IMG/VR virus record: IMGVR_UViG_3300025127_000017
Span: 1 to 64,000 of that record
Reading direction: 5' to 3' (one strand)
Length of the DNA stretch: 64,000 bases
Origin: a virus
The notes under the pieces are model-generated. The model had not been told where the DNA came from and did not search any database. It saw only the letters and a program-made list of their open reading frames with translations. Below are positions 1-9,452 of this stretch, piece by piece. A program made the translations under genes and the position numbers. The first letter of the stretch is position 1, and each line of letters begins with the position of its first letter.

Positions 1-2
1 CC

Positions 3-95
3 ATTCTTATGAATGAAGAATGGAAGGCTAGAAATAGAGATAAAATTAATGCGAGAAAAAGAAAACAACATCAAGAGAAAAAAAATAAAGAGTGA
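3..95 (+). CDS. 3' end of an ORF cut by the window edge (basic tail ...ARKRKQHQEKKNKE)
   Basis: The frame is open from position 3 to the TGA at 93-95. It is on the same strand as the downstream replication genes and closely spaced with them. Confidence 0.3.
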   Translation: MLMNEEWKARNRDKINARKRKQHQEKKNKE

Positions 96-100
96 TAAAT

Positions 101-1012
101 ATGTTATGGACAGAAAAATACAGACCATCTAAACTAAGTGATATTGTAGGACAAGAACACTTTGTTATGGATGCAGAAACATGGATTGAAGAAAAGAATA
201 TACCTAATTTGTTATTCTACGGTAGAGCAGGAACAGGTAAAACTGGGGCTGCTTTAGCATTAGCAAAGACAATACTAGGTAATAATACATCTGATAACTT
301 CTTTGAAGTTAATGCATCAGATGATAGAAAACTAGAAACAGTTAGAACACTAATTAAGCAAATAGCACAAAGCGGAACTATTGGTGATGTGCCATTTAGA
401 ATTTGTTTATTAGATGAAATGGATGGAATGACAAACGATGCTCAAAATGCATTGAAGAGAATCATGGAGCGATATGCTTCTAATATTCGATTTATTATTA
501 CTTGTAATGATAGAAACAGAATTATCTTTCCTCTTCAAAGCCGATGTGCAAACTATCATTTCAAACCTCTTTCTAATGAGGTCATTTTAGAAGTAATCAA
601 GGGAATCTTAACCAACGAAAACATTAATCGTTTTTCGGATGAGGACTTGTTACCCTTTATATATTCAATGAATGGTGATATTCGTAGAGCGATTACCGAG
701 ATTCAAGCGGCAAAATCGTCAAATATCACACTCAAAAAACAAAGTGAGATGAATTTAGAAGAATATGTTAAAATAATTAATTTGATAATGAATAAAGATA
801 CAAATGTCTTAGCAACCCTTCACGATATGATTTACATGGGTAGGTCTGTTCGTGAGATTTGCATGGGTATGCATGATAGTATTATTCAATCAGAAGGAAT
901 AGACTCAAATGTTAAATTTAAGTTTTTAAGAACAATAGGAGAAAGCGAATACCGTTCCACAACCATGACACCAAGAGTATTGATTTCATGGCTTGTAGGT
1001 CAGTTAATCTGA
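101..1012 (+). CDS. Replication factor C small-subunit-like clamp loader ATPase (archaeo-eukaryotic type)
   Basis: The RFC boxes are present: WTEKYRP, GRAGTGKTG (Walker A), LLDEMD (Walker B), AQNALKRIME and SRC. The ATG at 101 follows an AGTGAT SD. The track start at 92 is the GTG inside that SD. Confidence 0.85.
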   Translation: MLWTEKYRPSKLSDIVGQEHFVMDAETWIEEKNIPNLLFYGRAGTGKTGAALALAKTILGNNTSDNFFEVNASDDRKLETVRTLIKQIAQSGTIGDVPFRICLLDEMDGMTNDAQNALKRIMERYASNIRFIITCNDRNRIIFPLQSRCANYHFKPLSNEVILEVIKGILTNENINRFSDEDLLPFIYSMNGDIRRAITEIQAAKSSNITLKKQSEMNLEEYVKIINLIMNKDTNVLATLHDMIYMGRSVREICMGMHDSIIQSEGIDSNVKFKFLRTIGESEYRSTTMTPRVLISWLVGQLI

Positions 1013-1038
1013 AACAAAAAAATAAGGAAGTGAAAAAT

Positions 1039-2259
1039 ATGAACGACGAAACGAAAAAAGAAATAGAAAAAGGCGCACAAATTGTTGGAATGTCTGTTGA
1101 AGAAGCAACAGATAAATTCAATTCTATTTGTGCTGAGAATAACGTGGAAACAACAGCAGATTTGGCTAAAGCACTTTGGCGAAACTTTGTTGCACAATTC
1201 CGACGACAACAGAAAGTAAATACCTCTAATGGTGGAAATACGGGTGGAAGTCTTGTAAAGGCTGCATTTGGTTTCTTTGTTGCTTTAGAAGCACCAAGAG
1301 ATATGATGAGTTGGAATAGAAACCGAGCAAAAGAAGAATATCTTCGTGATGCTGATAAAGCACTTGAAGATGGTCATATTGCAGTAGCGACTCAGAATGC
1401 TTTAGGTAAGTGGGTTATTTCACGTTACCACAAGAATGAATATCAAGAGAAGATTGTTTCAAATCTTCCCGAAGGTGCAGAAGAATTAGAAAACGGAACA
1501 ACAGTTATTCCGCTTGATAATCAACCAACATATATGTCTGGTGCAGAAAACCGTAATTATGGAAAGCCTCTTCCATTAGAACAGTTTAGACGAACAGGTG
1601 TTTTCTTTGGTTCTGTTGATGGTGGAGAAATGAAAACTTATACTTTTTCGTATAAGAATCAACCTGCCGTTGATTTTGCACCAAACTGTTTTGAATGGAT
1701 TCATTTTGCTTGTATTCCAAGCGATGATGGTTCAGCCATTTATGGTATGACCAAAACAACATTGAACAGTTTGGTTAATCATTCAGACGTAAATCCTGAA
1801 AGTGAGAACTATCAAGATGTTTCATCTTTCGACTTTGAACAATGTTTGGTTGATAACTTTTCAAGCCATCTTGTTCCTTTGGTTGAAATTGATAGAGCGC
1901 ACATTCAGCGACAAACATTACCTGCAAAGGAAAGATTTGTAGTTACAGATGGAACTGTTTGTAATATGAATATGACTCCTACTGCAAATGGTAATCGAAT
2001 TATCAATCTAACTGATATGACTGTTGAGTTTGATTATGATAATGATTCCAACATGACTACTTGTTGGATTCCAAGTCATTTAACAATTGACTTTGGAGTA
2101 GGTTCTTCTGTAATTGTTATCGGAAGAACTTCACAAAGAATGGTGGATGGAGAAGCCGACCCAGTAACAATCAATGTTTCTGGATTATATGTTGTCCAAA
2201 GAACGGGTTCACCCGTTGAAGTAGAAGAAATCGTCGAAGAGAACTTCGATTGGTTCTGA
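1039..2259 (+). CDS. Hypothetical replication-module protein (possible ssDNA-binding role, by position only)
   Basis: A long ORF sits directly after the RFC-like gene. The ATG at 1039 is preceded by AAGGAAGTGA. I recognised no catalytic motif. Confidence 0.6.
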   Translation: MNDETKKEIEKGAQIVGMSVEEATDKFNSICAENNVETTADLAKALWRNFVAQFRRQQKVNTSNGGNTGGSLVKAAFGFFVALEAPRDMMSWNRNRAKEEYLRDADKALEDGHIAVATQNALGKWVISRYHKNEYQEKIVSNLPEGAEELENGTTVIPLDNQPTYMSGAENRNYGKPLPLEQFRRTGVFFGSVDGGEMKTYTFSYKNQPAVDFAPNCFEWIHFACIPSDDGSAIYGMTKTTLNSLVNHSDVNPESENYQDVSSFDFEQCLVDNFSSHLVPLVEIDRAHIQRQTLPAKERFVVTDGTVCNMNMTPTANGNRIINLTDMTVEFDYDNDSNMTTCWIPSHLTIDFGVGSSVIVIGRTSQRMVDGEADPVTINVSGLYVVQRTGSPVEVEEIVEENFDWF

Positions 2260-2349
2260 TATATTCCTCGTTGGGGCAAATAGTGTAAGTATGAACTAAG
2301 AGGAATTTGATGCTCAAATGGGTGCAAAGCCCTATACGGAGATTTAATT

Positions 2350-2619
2350 ATGACGACGGATTTAAAAGAAGAAAGGTTTCTTTTGAAAGGAGATGCCTAC
2401 ATTGTAGATTTAGCCAATGTAGATTTCTTAACATGGAGAAAGAACGAAAAAGAAAACGGAACTTATTGGTTGAAAATGCATTTTTCAACTAAAGAAGCAA
2501 GATATATTTGCGATAAATTAGAATTAGCAACTATCTTAATGGCATGGACTAAAATGCATGGTAAAGAATTAGATATAGATATAAATGAATTAGGTGATAG
2601 TTATGGGAATAACAGATAA
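2350..2619 (+). CDS. Hypothetical protein (89 aa)
   Basis: The ORF lies in the operon orientation. I preferred it to the overlapping 2307-2492 ORF, which has an odd Cys/Arg/Phe-rich composition. Confidence 0.5.
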   Translation: MTTDLKEERFLLKGDAYIVDLANVDFLTWRKNEKENGTYWLKMHFSTKEARYICDKLELATILMAWTKMHGKELDIDINELGDSYGNNR

Positions 2620-3412
2620 GAAAGGAGAACAAAAGACGACTAACTTTGGAAAGCAGCAAGAAGATTTCAATTCTCGCTTTAGACAATTGATGGAAGAAAA
2701 AAGAAAAGAACGTAAAAGTCGAATGGTCTTAGGAATTTGGGGAGAACCAAAAACAGGTAAAACTGGTATTGCTCTCGATTTTCCAGAACGTAAGATTTAT
2801 GTTTTAGATTGGGATAGTGGTGTTGAATCTACATGGATTGAATGTCATGATGCAACAGAACGTATTGAAGTATTTGACCCAATTGTTCAGGACAATGAGA
2901 ACAAAATTGATATTAATGCATCTGAGAAAAACTCTCATGATTTTATTCGATATGTTCGACAGAAGATTGAAGAAGGTGAAAAGCCTATCTTTGTGATAGA
3001 TGGAGTAGATACATGGTTTGAAAAATGTATTTACAAAGTTAATCCAAACCCAACAGTTGTAACAAAGATGATGCCATATCAGTATGGCCCACGAAACAAA
3101 ACTTTCTATTATTTGCTTGAAGCAATTTTTAATCTAAAGTGTGATGTAATTTATATTACTCACGAAACTGAAAAATATGTAGATAATGTTGCTACGGGTA
3201 TTCAACCTGCATGGAAGGATTGGGGCGGAAAACTAGAACAAGAGATTCATTGCTCTAAGAGAAAGGTAAAGGGTGAAATACACTTTGTTGCTGAATTGAT
3301 TGGTTCAAGAACCAATGGTAATAAAGTTGGAACACGTTGGACTATTCGAGAAGGTATTCCACCTAATATCGTTTGGAACGGTATTCCTGATTTGCGGGAG
3401 GGTAAGATTTGA
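2603..3412 (+). CDS. P-loop NTPase of the RecA superfamily (AAA_24/Sak4-like recombination ATPase candidate)
   Basis: Walker A is GEPKTGKTG and a Walker B-like IFVIDGVD is present. The ATG at 2603 follows GGTGAT. The track start at 2594 is the GTG inside the SD. Confidence 0.6.
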   Translation: MGITDKKGEQKTTNFGKQQEDFNSRFRQLMEEKRKERKSRMVLGIWGEPKTGKTGIALDFPERKIYVLDWDSGVESTWIECHDATERIEVFDPIVQDNENKIDINASEKNSHDFIRYVRQKIEEGEKPIFVIDGVDTWFEKCIYKVNPNPTVVTKMMPYQYGPRNKTFYYLLEAIFNLKCDVIYITHETEKYVDNVATGIQPAWKDWGGKLEQEIHCSKRKVKGEIHFVAELIGSRTNGNKVGTRWTIREGIPPNIVWNGIPDLREGKI

Positions 3413-4176
3413 AATTTGCTGTGAATACAAAAGAAATAACAGAAGCATTAGAAAGTATTCAAGGTAAAGGTAAATACTTAACTTCATCAGGTTTTACGAA
3501 CAACTCTATGGGATTATATTTCTTAATGCAGTTAAAAGGTAATGCTCTTTCCATTTGGAATGGAGATACTACCTTTGCTATGAATATTAATTTAGAAGTG
3601 ATAGGTGCAGAAGATGGCGAGTTTATTGGTAATGTTAAGACTCTTGTTCCGTATCTTAAAAAATACGGAGAACTAACTGCTTTTGTTGTAGATGATACGA
3701 TTCAGGTTAGTTCTGGAACAAAGAAGGCTAGTGTCTCAAAAGTTATCCAACATCCTAACATGACTGCAATTACAAGGCTTCAAGGTATGTTATCTGATAT
3801 TACCTATGAAGAAGCAATCACAAATTTACCAGATTTTGGTAAATCAAAATATGAAGGTGCGTTTGTGCTAAGTCAAGATGTTTATGCTGATTGTATTTCA
3901 TCTTGTGAATTAGCAAATCATGGAGCATTTAAACTAGATTACAATGGTAATACCGTTACATTTTCAAGCGGTGCAACTATTCAGAATCAATACGAAGAAA
4001 GAATTACACCAACAAGTTGTTTTGGTGAATCTGCAACATTAGAATATAGTGGCCCATTACATAAGTTCTTTAAGAAGAACACTAATATTAATTTTTATGT
4101 AAAGGATGAGTTTCCTCTATTGTTAGTTGCAGAAGACAGGATGATAATTAAAGCACCGTTTTCGGCAGGTAATTAA
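3409..4176 (+). CDS. Putative sliding clamp (PCNA/gp45-sized protein)
   Basis: The protein is 255 aa and lies immediately upstream of polB in a genome that also encodes an RFC-like loader. It uses a TTG start after a GGGAGGG SD. I recognised no diagnostic motif, so the call rests on size and context. Confidence 0.4.
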   Translation: MKFAVNTKEITEALESIQGKGKYLTSSGFTNNSMGLYFLMQLKGNALSIWNGDTTFAMNINLEVIGAEDGEFIGNVKTLVPYLKKYGELTAFVVDDTIQVSSGTKKASVSKVIQHPNMTAITRLQGMLSDITYEEAITNLPDFGKSKYEGAFVLSQDVYADCISSCELANHGAFKLDYNGNTVTFSSGATIQNQYEERITPTSCFGESATLEYSGPLHKFFKKNTNINFYVKDEFPLLLVAEDRMIIKAPFSAGN

Positions 4177-4177
4177 A

Positions 4178-5839
4178 ATGATAATAAGTAAAACAGTAAC
4201 AGGAAAGCACATTTATACATCATGGAGAGAAGGTAGAGAGAAAAGACAAACAGTTGTCGAATTTACTCCTTATTTTTATATCCTATCTTCTGATAATCAA
4301 CCTAAGTATTACAATCCTTCTAAATTTGTAAAAAGAGAATTTACTTACGAAGAAGGTAATTGGCACAATCTTCAAGGTGAAAAATTAACTAGAGTTTATG
4401 TGGATAAGTCTGATGACATTCATATTGCTCGACGTTCTTTTGTAAAAACCTTTGAAGCAGATGTCCCATATGCATTTAGATATGCAGTTGATTCTTTGGG
4501 TTCTTTACCTGAATATAAAATGCGTAAATGGTATTGGGATATGGAATGGCAACAGGGTGGTGAACATCATGATAAGATTACTACTATTGTGGTTTATGAT
4601 AATTATGATGAGAAATACTTTCAATGGGTTTGGTTTCCTAATTACGATGATTCCTTAGAAGGAAAAGATATGAAAGACTTTGATAAGTTTGTTTTCAATA
4701 ATGAAAAAGATATGATTGAAAACTTTATGCAAACAATGGCTGATAAAGACCCTGATATGTTAATTGCATGGTTTGGTTTAAAATTCGATTTGCCAAAACT
4801 CCTTGAGCGAGCGTGTGCTTTGGAATTGAACCCTACTATCATATCTCCAATTTTGTCAATCAAGGGCGTTAAGAAGACTAAGAACGGCTTTGTTTTCAAT
4901 TATGGCAAGAACGGATTCGGGCCGATTGAACAACCCATTGGGGGTCGCATAACCCTCAATTTAGACCTTGCTTTTGAAAGGCAATGGAATGACTCTCAAA
5001 GGGGAACATTACCATCAATGTCTTTAGATTATATTTCTGAATCAGTATTAGGAAGAAAGAAACTTGTTAGTGAGAAGTTTCCAGACCCAAACGTATTCTA
5101 TCGAGAAGGTTGGTTGAATGACACTGAAACATATCTTAAGTATGCTCAGATAGATGTTGAATTGATGGTTGAGATTGATGAACTAAACTATTGTAGTGAA
5201 GCAATCGTAGCATTACAAAGACTTCTAATTGCACCATTTAGTGCTTGTTTTTACGCAAGTCATATGGGTTCAATCTATTTTATGCGTAATGCTACATGGA
5301 TTGCACCAACTGGTGAAAAGGTAGAAAAGCGTCAAGAATATGATGGTGCTATGATTTATGACCCATTAAGTGAAGAAACAAATGGACTACATCTTAATGT
5401 TGCTGCCTTTGACTTTGCTGGTCTTTATCCCAGTATGATGATTGCAAGAAACATTTCATGGGAAACTAAATCAGAAGAACCAACACAATTTGGTGTAAAT
5501 ATTTTAACACCGAGAGATTTCAGTATTACTGATAGAGAACAAATGCTCTATTATAAGACAGATAATCTCGGCCTTTTACCGAGAGCAGTTCTTGAATTAA
5601 AAGAATTAAGAAATGAATACAAGCGTCTTATGAAGGAAGCAAGAGAAAATGATGATAAAAATGAGTATGTCAAGTGGTATAACAATCAAATGGCAGTTAA
5701 AAGATTAATGGCGTCATTTTACGGAATTGTTGCCTTTCAAGGATTTGGATGGGCTGATGTAGATTTAGCCGCTTCTATTACTGCAAGTGCAAGAGAAGCA
5801 ATTCGTTTAGCCGCATTCAAAGCAAAGGAGATGGAATAA
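4178..5839 (+). CDS. polB: Family-B DNA polymerase, N-terminal fragment (exonuclease domain plus polymerase motifs A and B)
   Basis: Exo I is WDMEW, Exo II is FGLKFDLP and Exo III is YAQIDVEL. Motif A is DFAGLYPSMM and motif B is KRLMASFYG. The ORF stops 5 residues before the expected position of motif C. Confidence 0.9.
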   Translation: MIISKTVTGKHIYTSWREGREKRQTVVEFTPYFYILSSDNQPKYYNPSKFVKREFTYEEGNWHNLQGEKLTRVYVDKSDDIHIARRSFVKTFEADVPYAFRYAVDSLGSLPEYKMRKWYWDMEWQQGGEHHDKITTIVVYDNYDEKYFQWVWFPNYDDSLEGKDMKDFDKFVFNNEKDMIENFMQTMADKDPDMLIAWFGLKFDLPKLLERACALELNPTIISPILSIKGVKKTKNGFVFNYGKNGFGPIEQPIGGRITLNLDLAFERQWNDSQRGTLPSMSLDYISESVLGRKKLVSEKFPDPNVFYREGWLNDTETYLKYAQIDVELMVEIDELNYCSEAIVALQRLLIAPFSACFYASHMGSIYFMRNATWIAPTGEKVEKRQEYDGAMIYDPLSEETNGLHLNVAAFDFAGLYPSMMIARNISWETKSEEPTQFGVNILTPRDFSITDREQMLYYKTDNLGLLPRAVLELKELRNEYKRLMKEARENDDKNEYVKWYNNQMAVKRLMASFYGIVAFQGFGWADVDLAASITASAREAIRLAAFKAKEME

Positions 5840-6463
5840 ATGGGGAAAAGGTCAATGCCAATCAAAAAAACAATATATAATTATTGGGAAAAAAGCCCAC
5901 TAAAATCAGTTTTAAACAAACAAGCATTTGACGGAAATAACAATAGATGTATGGCTTGTGGTGCAGAAGCAAGTATAGACCGAGCGCATATTGTTTCTCG
6001 ATTTTACGGAGGTTCAAACAATCCATCAAATATTCATTGTTTATGTCAAATTTGTCATAAGTTAAGTGAAAATTTAGAAGGACATGATTATTGGTTATGG
6101 GTTGCCTTAAAATCAAAATTGTTTTCTTATGGAACAGATATGACATATGAAATGGATTACAAATCATCAAAAGATAAAACTCTTATTCCGTATTATACGG
6201 AATTTGAATATCCTACTAAACTAAAGAAGTATTATAGAGAATATACACAACTATCTTTGCTTGAAGGGTGGATAGGAAGAAGTGCTTTATGTTACCTATA
6301 TCTAGCAAGATGCTTGCCTAATGAATTGGATATAAGTTATCCTAACTTATCAGATATAGAAGAAGTTTTAGAATATAATTCAGAATTACATGATTATATT
6401 ACTGCTATTAAAAAAGCAGAAGAGGTGATAAAATGGGAAAAAGTGCAGGAAATTACAGAATAA
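5840..6463 (+). CDS. HNH homing-type endonuclease
   Basis: The HNH signature is CMACG...DRAHIVSRFYGGSNNPSNIHCLCQICH. Confidence 0.85.
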   Translation: MGKRSMPIKKTIYNYWEKSPLKSVLNKQAFDGNNNRCMACGAEASIDRAHIVSRFYGGSNNPSNIHCLCQICHKLSENLEGHDYWLWVALKSKLFSYGTDMTYEMDYKSSKDKTLIPYYTEFEYPTKLKKYYREYTQLSLLEGWIGRSALCYLYLARCLPNELDISYPNLSDIEEVLEYNSELHDYITAIKKAEEVIKWEKVQEITE

Positions 6464-6690
6464 AAAAGAAACTACCTGAAGCCTTAAAGCAAGTAAATCC
6501 TGATAAATTTCAGTTAGAAGAGATACTTGCTTTTTATGAGAAAGAGCATGGAACATATTATAAGATAAATCGAATAGCATCTCTTTTGAAGCCATATGCA
6601 TTCGCAGTTGGAAACAGGTCTAGGGCTTATTATTGGACAGTAAGAGAGAAATGGAGGTATTTATATGAAGAAGAAAATAGTGACAGTTGA
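6433..6690 (+). CDS. Hypothetical protein (85 aa) within the polB insertion
   Basis: The ATG is preceded by a GAGGTGATAAA SD. The ORF overlaps the 3' end of the HNH gene. Confidence 0.5.
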   Translation: MGKSAGNYRIKKKLPEALKQVNPDKFQLEEILAFYEKEHGTYYKINRIASLLKPYAFAVGNRSRAYYWTVREKWRYLYEEENSDS

Positions 6691-6829
6691 AGTATCTTAT
6701 GATACAGAAGAGACATGGGATATTACTTTACAAGAAGTAAAGGAATTATTTCAAATGATGAATAACATTAAAAGAAACGCTATTATAGTAAAGGTAAGTG
6801 ATGAGAATGATGATGGACAAAACCAATGA
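6665..6829 (+). CDS. Hypothetical small protein (54 aa, MKKKIVTVEVSYDTEE...)
   Basis: I translated this ORF by hand because it is below the track cutoff. A GGAGGT SD lies 7 nt upstream of the ATG. Confidence 0.35.
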   Translation: MKKKIVTVEVSYDTEETWDITLQEVKELFQMMNNIKRNAIIVKVSDENDDGQNQ

Positions 6830-6938
6830 ACTTCTCGAAGAACTTCTTGCTATGATAGCAAAAAGCAATAAGATATTGATGATGGTAAATATCGTAAATA
6901 TAATAACCATTATAACAATCGTAACGGTGATATTATGA
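6801..6938 (+). CDS. Hypothetical small membrane peptide (45 aa, hydrophobic C-terminus NIITIITIVTVIL)
   Basis: I translated this ORF by hand. Its TGA overlaps the ATG of the next ORF (ATGA coupling). Confidence 0.25.
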   Translation: MRMMMDKTNELLEELLAMIAKSNKILMMVNIVNIITIITIVTVIL

Positions 6939-7129
6939 GTAAAGAAATTAAAGAATTAAAAGCAGAAATAGAAAATTTGAAGCAAACAGTAAAGAGGCTT
7001 GAAAATGAAATAAGCCAACTTTACGAAGAGAATGTAACATTCGCAGACTTAGTTAAAGATATTAAAACTATCAAGCAGGAATTGATGCAATATACTGATG
7101 GTAAGATTTACTTTGATAATGCATGGTGA
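6935..7129 (+). CDS. Hypothetical coiled-coil protein (64 aa)
   Basis: The sequence is heptad-like (KELKAEIENLKQTVKRLENEISQL). Its stop overlaps the GGTGAT SD of the polB C-terminal fragment. Confidence 0.5.
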   Translation: MSKEIKELKAEIENLKQTVKRLENEISQLYEENVTFADLVKDIKTIKQELMQYTDGKIYFDNAW

Positions 7130-7133
7130 TACT

Positions 7134-8021
7134 ATGAAAGTAGTTTATGGACATACGGATTCAATCTATGTTCAGATTGAATCTATTGAAAAGGCTGAAT
7201 CAACAATCAAAGAGATTGAAGAATCGGTTCGTGAACACTTTCCTAATGTTTTAAATCTTGAACAACATCCTGTTGTCCTTGAATTTGAAAAGTATTATTC
7301 TGCATTAGGTGTTGGAACAACAAAGAATCGGAATGCAGGTTTAGTATCATGGGAAGATGGAGTTTGGCTTGATGAGCCTAAATTTACAATGACAGGTTTT
7401 ACTGCAAAGCGTGTTAGTGAAACAAAACTTGCTAAGGATGTTCAAACAACAGTATTGAAGATGTGGGTCGGACAAAAGACAATGGGAGAAATAAACAAGT
7501 ATCTTTCTGACAAATACGACGAAGTTATGGAAGGCAAAGTAAATACTTCTGATATTGTAAAACGTAGTCGTCTAAGAGAAGATAGAGTTATTCTTAAGTG
7601 TCCAGAATGTAAGAAGAAACACCACTTAAAAGAATGTATTAAAATTAAATGGTGTGATAAATGCGGAACAGAAACAGAACAGTTCGTAACATCTACTTAC
7701 AAAAGACCTGCAATCGGTTCGGGTATTGCAGGTATTCTTTATGCTTGGGAAAGATTAAATATGACCTTCGATGACTCATATCTATATCTCAAGGTTAAGA
7801 ACATACATGACACATATACTCATCCTTTGACGAAAGAAAAAAGAGAAGTAGAATATGTATCTGCAACAACGTATGATGATTTTAATAATTATACTCCAGA
7901 CTACAAGCATTATGCAGAACAAATAGTAAAGAAGGCTGAACCAATTTATCGAGCGATGGATTGGGATGTATCTTCGATAAGAACAGGAAAAATACAAATG
8001 AAATTAGACGAATGGTGGTAA
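7134..8021 (+). CDS. polB: Family-B DNA polymerase, C-terminal fragment (motif C plus thumb with a Cys4 finger)
   Basis: The fragment begins MKVVYGHTDSIYV, which is motif C (YGDTDS). A CPECKKK...CDKCG zinc finger follows. The ATG at 7134 lies after GGTGAT, and the track start at 7098 adds a non-polymerase extension. Confidence 0.9.
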   Translation: MKVVYGHTDSIYVQIESIEKAESTIKEIEESVREHFPNVLNLEQHPVVLEFEKYYSALGVGTTKNRNAGLVSWEDGVWLDEPKFTMTGFTAKRVSETKLAKDVQTTVLKMWVGQKTMGEINKYLSDKYDEVMEGKVNTSDIVKRSRLREDRVILKCPECKKKHHLKECIKIKWCDKCGTETEQFVTSTYKRPAIGSGIAGILYAWERLNMTFDDSYLYLKVKNIHDTYTHPLTKEKREVEYVSATTYDDFNNYTPDYKHYAEQIVKKAEPIYRAMDWDVSSIRTGKIQMKLDEWW

Positions 8022-8022
8022 A

Positions 8023-8928
8023 ATGAACAGCGACGAAAGATATAATGCGGTGATTTCTTCGATGAGAGAATACACTTATCAATGGAATCACGAAAATTAT
8101 GATGACCCTTCTATGCCTATCTTGAAAATAACTAAGTCTTCTTTGGGAACTTTTGATTGGTGTCCAAAGAAATATGACTTTTCTTATGTTCAACGTTTGC
8201 CTCAAGACCAAACCGAAGCGATGCTTAAAGGAACAGTTCTTCACAATCATAGAGAGAAGTTCTTTGAAGACTTTGATATTAAGAAGGCTGAGAAAATGAA
8301 CAATAGTGAAATCCTAGAATATTGCACAGGATTAATGCCTGTTGATGAATACTATGATATTTCATTGACTGTTGCTTCTCTTGAAGCACAAAGATTTATT
8401 GAAGCAAAGGCAGAAGATAAAGTCCATGAATATTTACCTGTTTGTAATGAAGGAAAGTTTGATGCAGAAATTACAATCCCTGCAAACATTAATCCTAAGT
8501 TTCCTTTGCAAAGAGATTATGTAATTCATATTCAAGGAATCATTGACCGCATATTCAAAGAGAATGGTGGTCTTATTCCTTTTGAATATAAAACAGGTGC
8601 ATGGAAAGACTACAAGAAAACTTCAATGAGGAAGGAAATGGCATTTTATGAGTTACTTATCGAAAATGCAACGGATGAAGTCATGATTAAGAATGGCCTT
8701 GACCCTAATGACAAAGTATCTCATTGGGGTTGGTATTATCCAGCATCAAATTATATTTATGCAGAAGAAAGAAAGAAGAGGTCTATGACTTCTGTAATGA
8801 ATAATATTGCTAAGTTAATACACCACTATGAAAGGCAACAATTTCCTGCTAAGTTCTTTTACAAGACTTGCGCTCATTGTTCTTACTTTGGTATTTGTGA
8901 TGCGGCACAGGATGATTCATGGGTGTGA
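8023..8928 (+). CDS. Cas4/RecB-family PD-(D/E)XK nuclease with a 4-Cys cluster
   Basis: There is an N-terminal Cys (WCPKKY), the nuclease motifs IIDRI...FEYKTG, and a C-terminal CAHCSYFGIC (CxxCx5C). Confidence 0.8.
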   Translation: MNSDERYNAVISSMREYTYQWNHENYDDPSMPILKITKSSLGTFDWCPKKYDFSYVQRLPQDQTEAMLKGTVLHNHREKFFEDFDIKKAEKMNNSEILEYCTGLMPVDEYYDISLTVASLEAQRFIEAKAEDKVHEYLPVCNEGKFDAEITIPANINPKFPLQRDYVIHIQGIIDRIFKENGGLIPFEYKTGAWKDYKKTSMRKEMAFYELLIENATDEVMIKNGLDPNDKVSHWGWYYPASNYIYAEERKKRSMTSVMNNIAKLIHHYERQQFPAKFFYKTCAHCSYFGICDAAQDDSWV

Positions 8929-8932
8929 TTAT

Positions 8933-9097
8933 ATGAGAAAGATATTAGTTTCAAGAGAAAGCATTAGGCATCAAAGAATTGAACTAAAGCATTTATATGA
9001 CCAATTGAAATTTAAATTTCAACCGCCACTATCTTTTAATGAGTTTCTTATTATGAAGATAATGACTATGGAGGCAGAAAATGAAAGAAGTAATTAA
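8933..9097 (+). CDS. Hypothetical protein (54 aa)
   Basis: The ATG comes just after the stop of the nuclease gene and is preceded by GGTGTGAT. The upstream part of track ORF 8828 overlaps the nuclease gene. Confidence 0.4.
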   Translation: MRKILVSRESIRHQRIELKHLYDQLKFKFQPPLSFNEFLIMKIMTMEAENERSN

Positions 9098-9452
9098 ATT
9101 AAAAGTAAAGGCAAAGTCGTGGACTTTTAATGAGATTTCAAATCTCTCATATTCCATTGAACAACTAGCAACAGAACTATATTCAGAAATGAACCTAATT
9201 GAAAGATTTGGAATGGTGAGGGAAACTAAAATCAACGATACAATGATTGGTTCTTATTATCCAGATGTATTGAAAGAATTATGCATGACACATTTAAGAG
9301 CAGAAGTAGCAGGAACAATTAGAAATATGCTAGATAAAGCAACAGTAAATTTTGGAGGAATAAATAATGAAATTTCCGAGAGCAGTTTGGGCGGGAAGCC
9401 ACATAAAGAACGCACCACAAATGAAAAGAAAGATAGTTCTGACGAAGAATGA
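9081..9452 (+). CDS. Hypothetical protein (123 aa)
   Basis: A GGAGGC SD precedes the ATG and the ORF lies in the operon orientation. Confidence 0.5.
   Translation: MKEVIKLKVKAKSWTFNEISNLSYSIEQLATELYSEMNLIERFGMVRETKINDTMIGSYYPDVLKELCMTHLRAEVAGTIRNMLDKATVNFGGINNEISESSLGGKPHKERTTNEKKDSSDEE

Larger units (their letters stand above)
5840..7133 (+). mobile_element. 1.3-kb insertion splitting polB: an HNH endonuclease gene plus four small ORFs
   Basis: The insertion sits exactly between the two polB fragments, which abut with no missing polymerase sequence. The HNH ATG directly follows the TAA of the N-terminal fragment. Confidence 0.55.

Noticed and set aside
92-100. ORF-track start codons at 92, 2594, 47103, 47582, 57608 and 62195 (GTG) and at 12743 and 32532 (TTG)
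   Set aside because: Each GTG lies inside a GGTGAT/AGTGAT Shine-Dalgarno sequence, and an ATG follows 6-9 nt downstream. The TTG starts overlap the upstream genes. In every case the ATG gives a sensible N-terminus, which is often the conserved leader.
5840-7133. An intein in the DNA polymerase
   Set aside because: The insert is not in frame with the polymerase and contains several stop codons and separate SD-led ORFs. It lacks an N-terminal Cys/Ser and a C-terminal His-Asn plus nucleophile. The HNH gene is free-standing.
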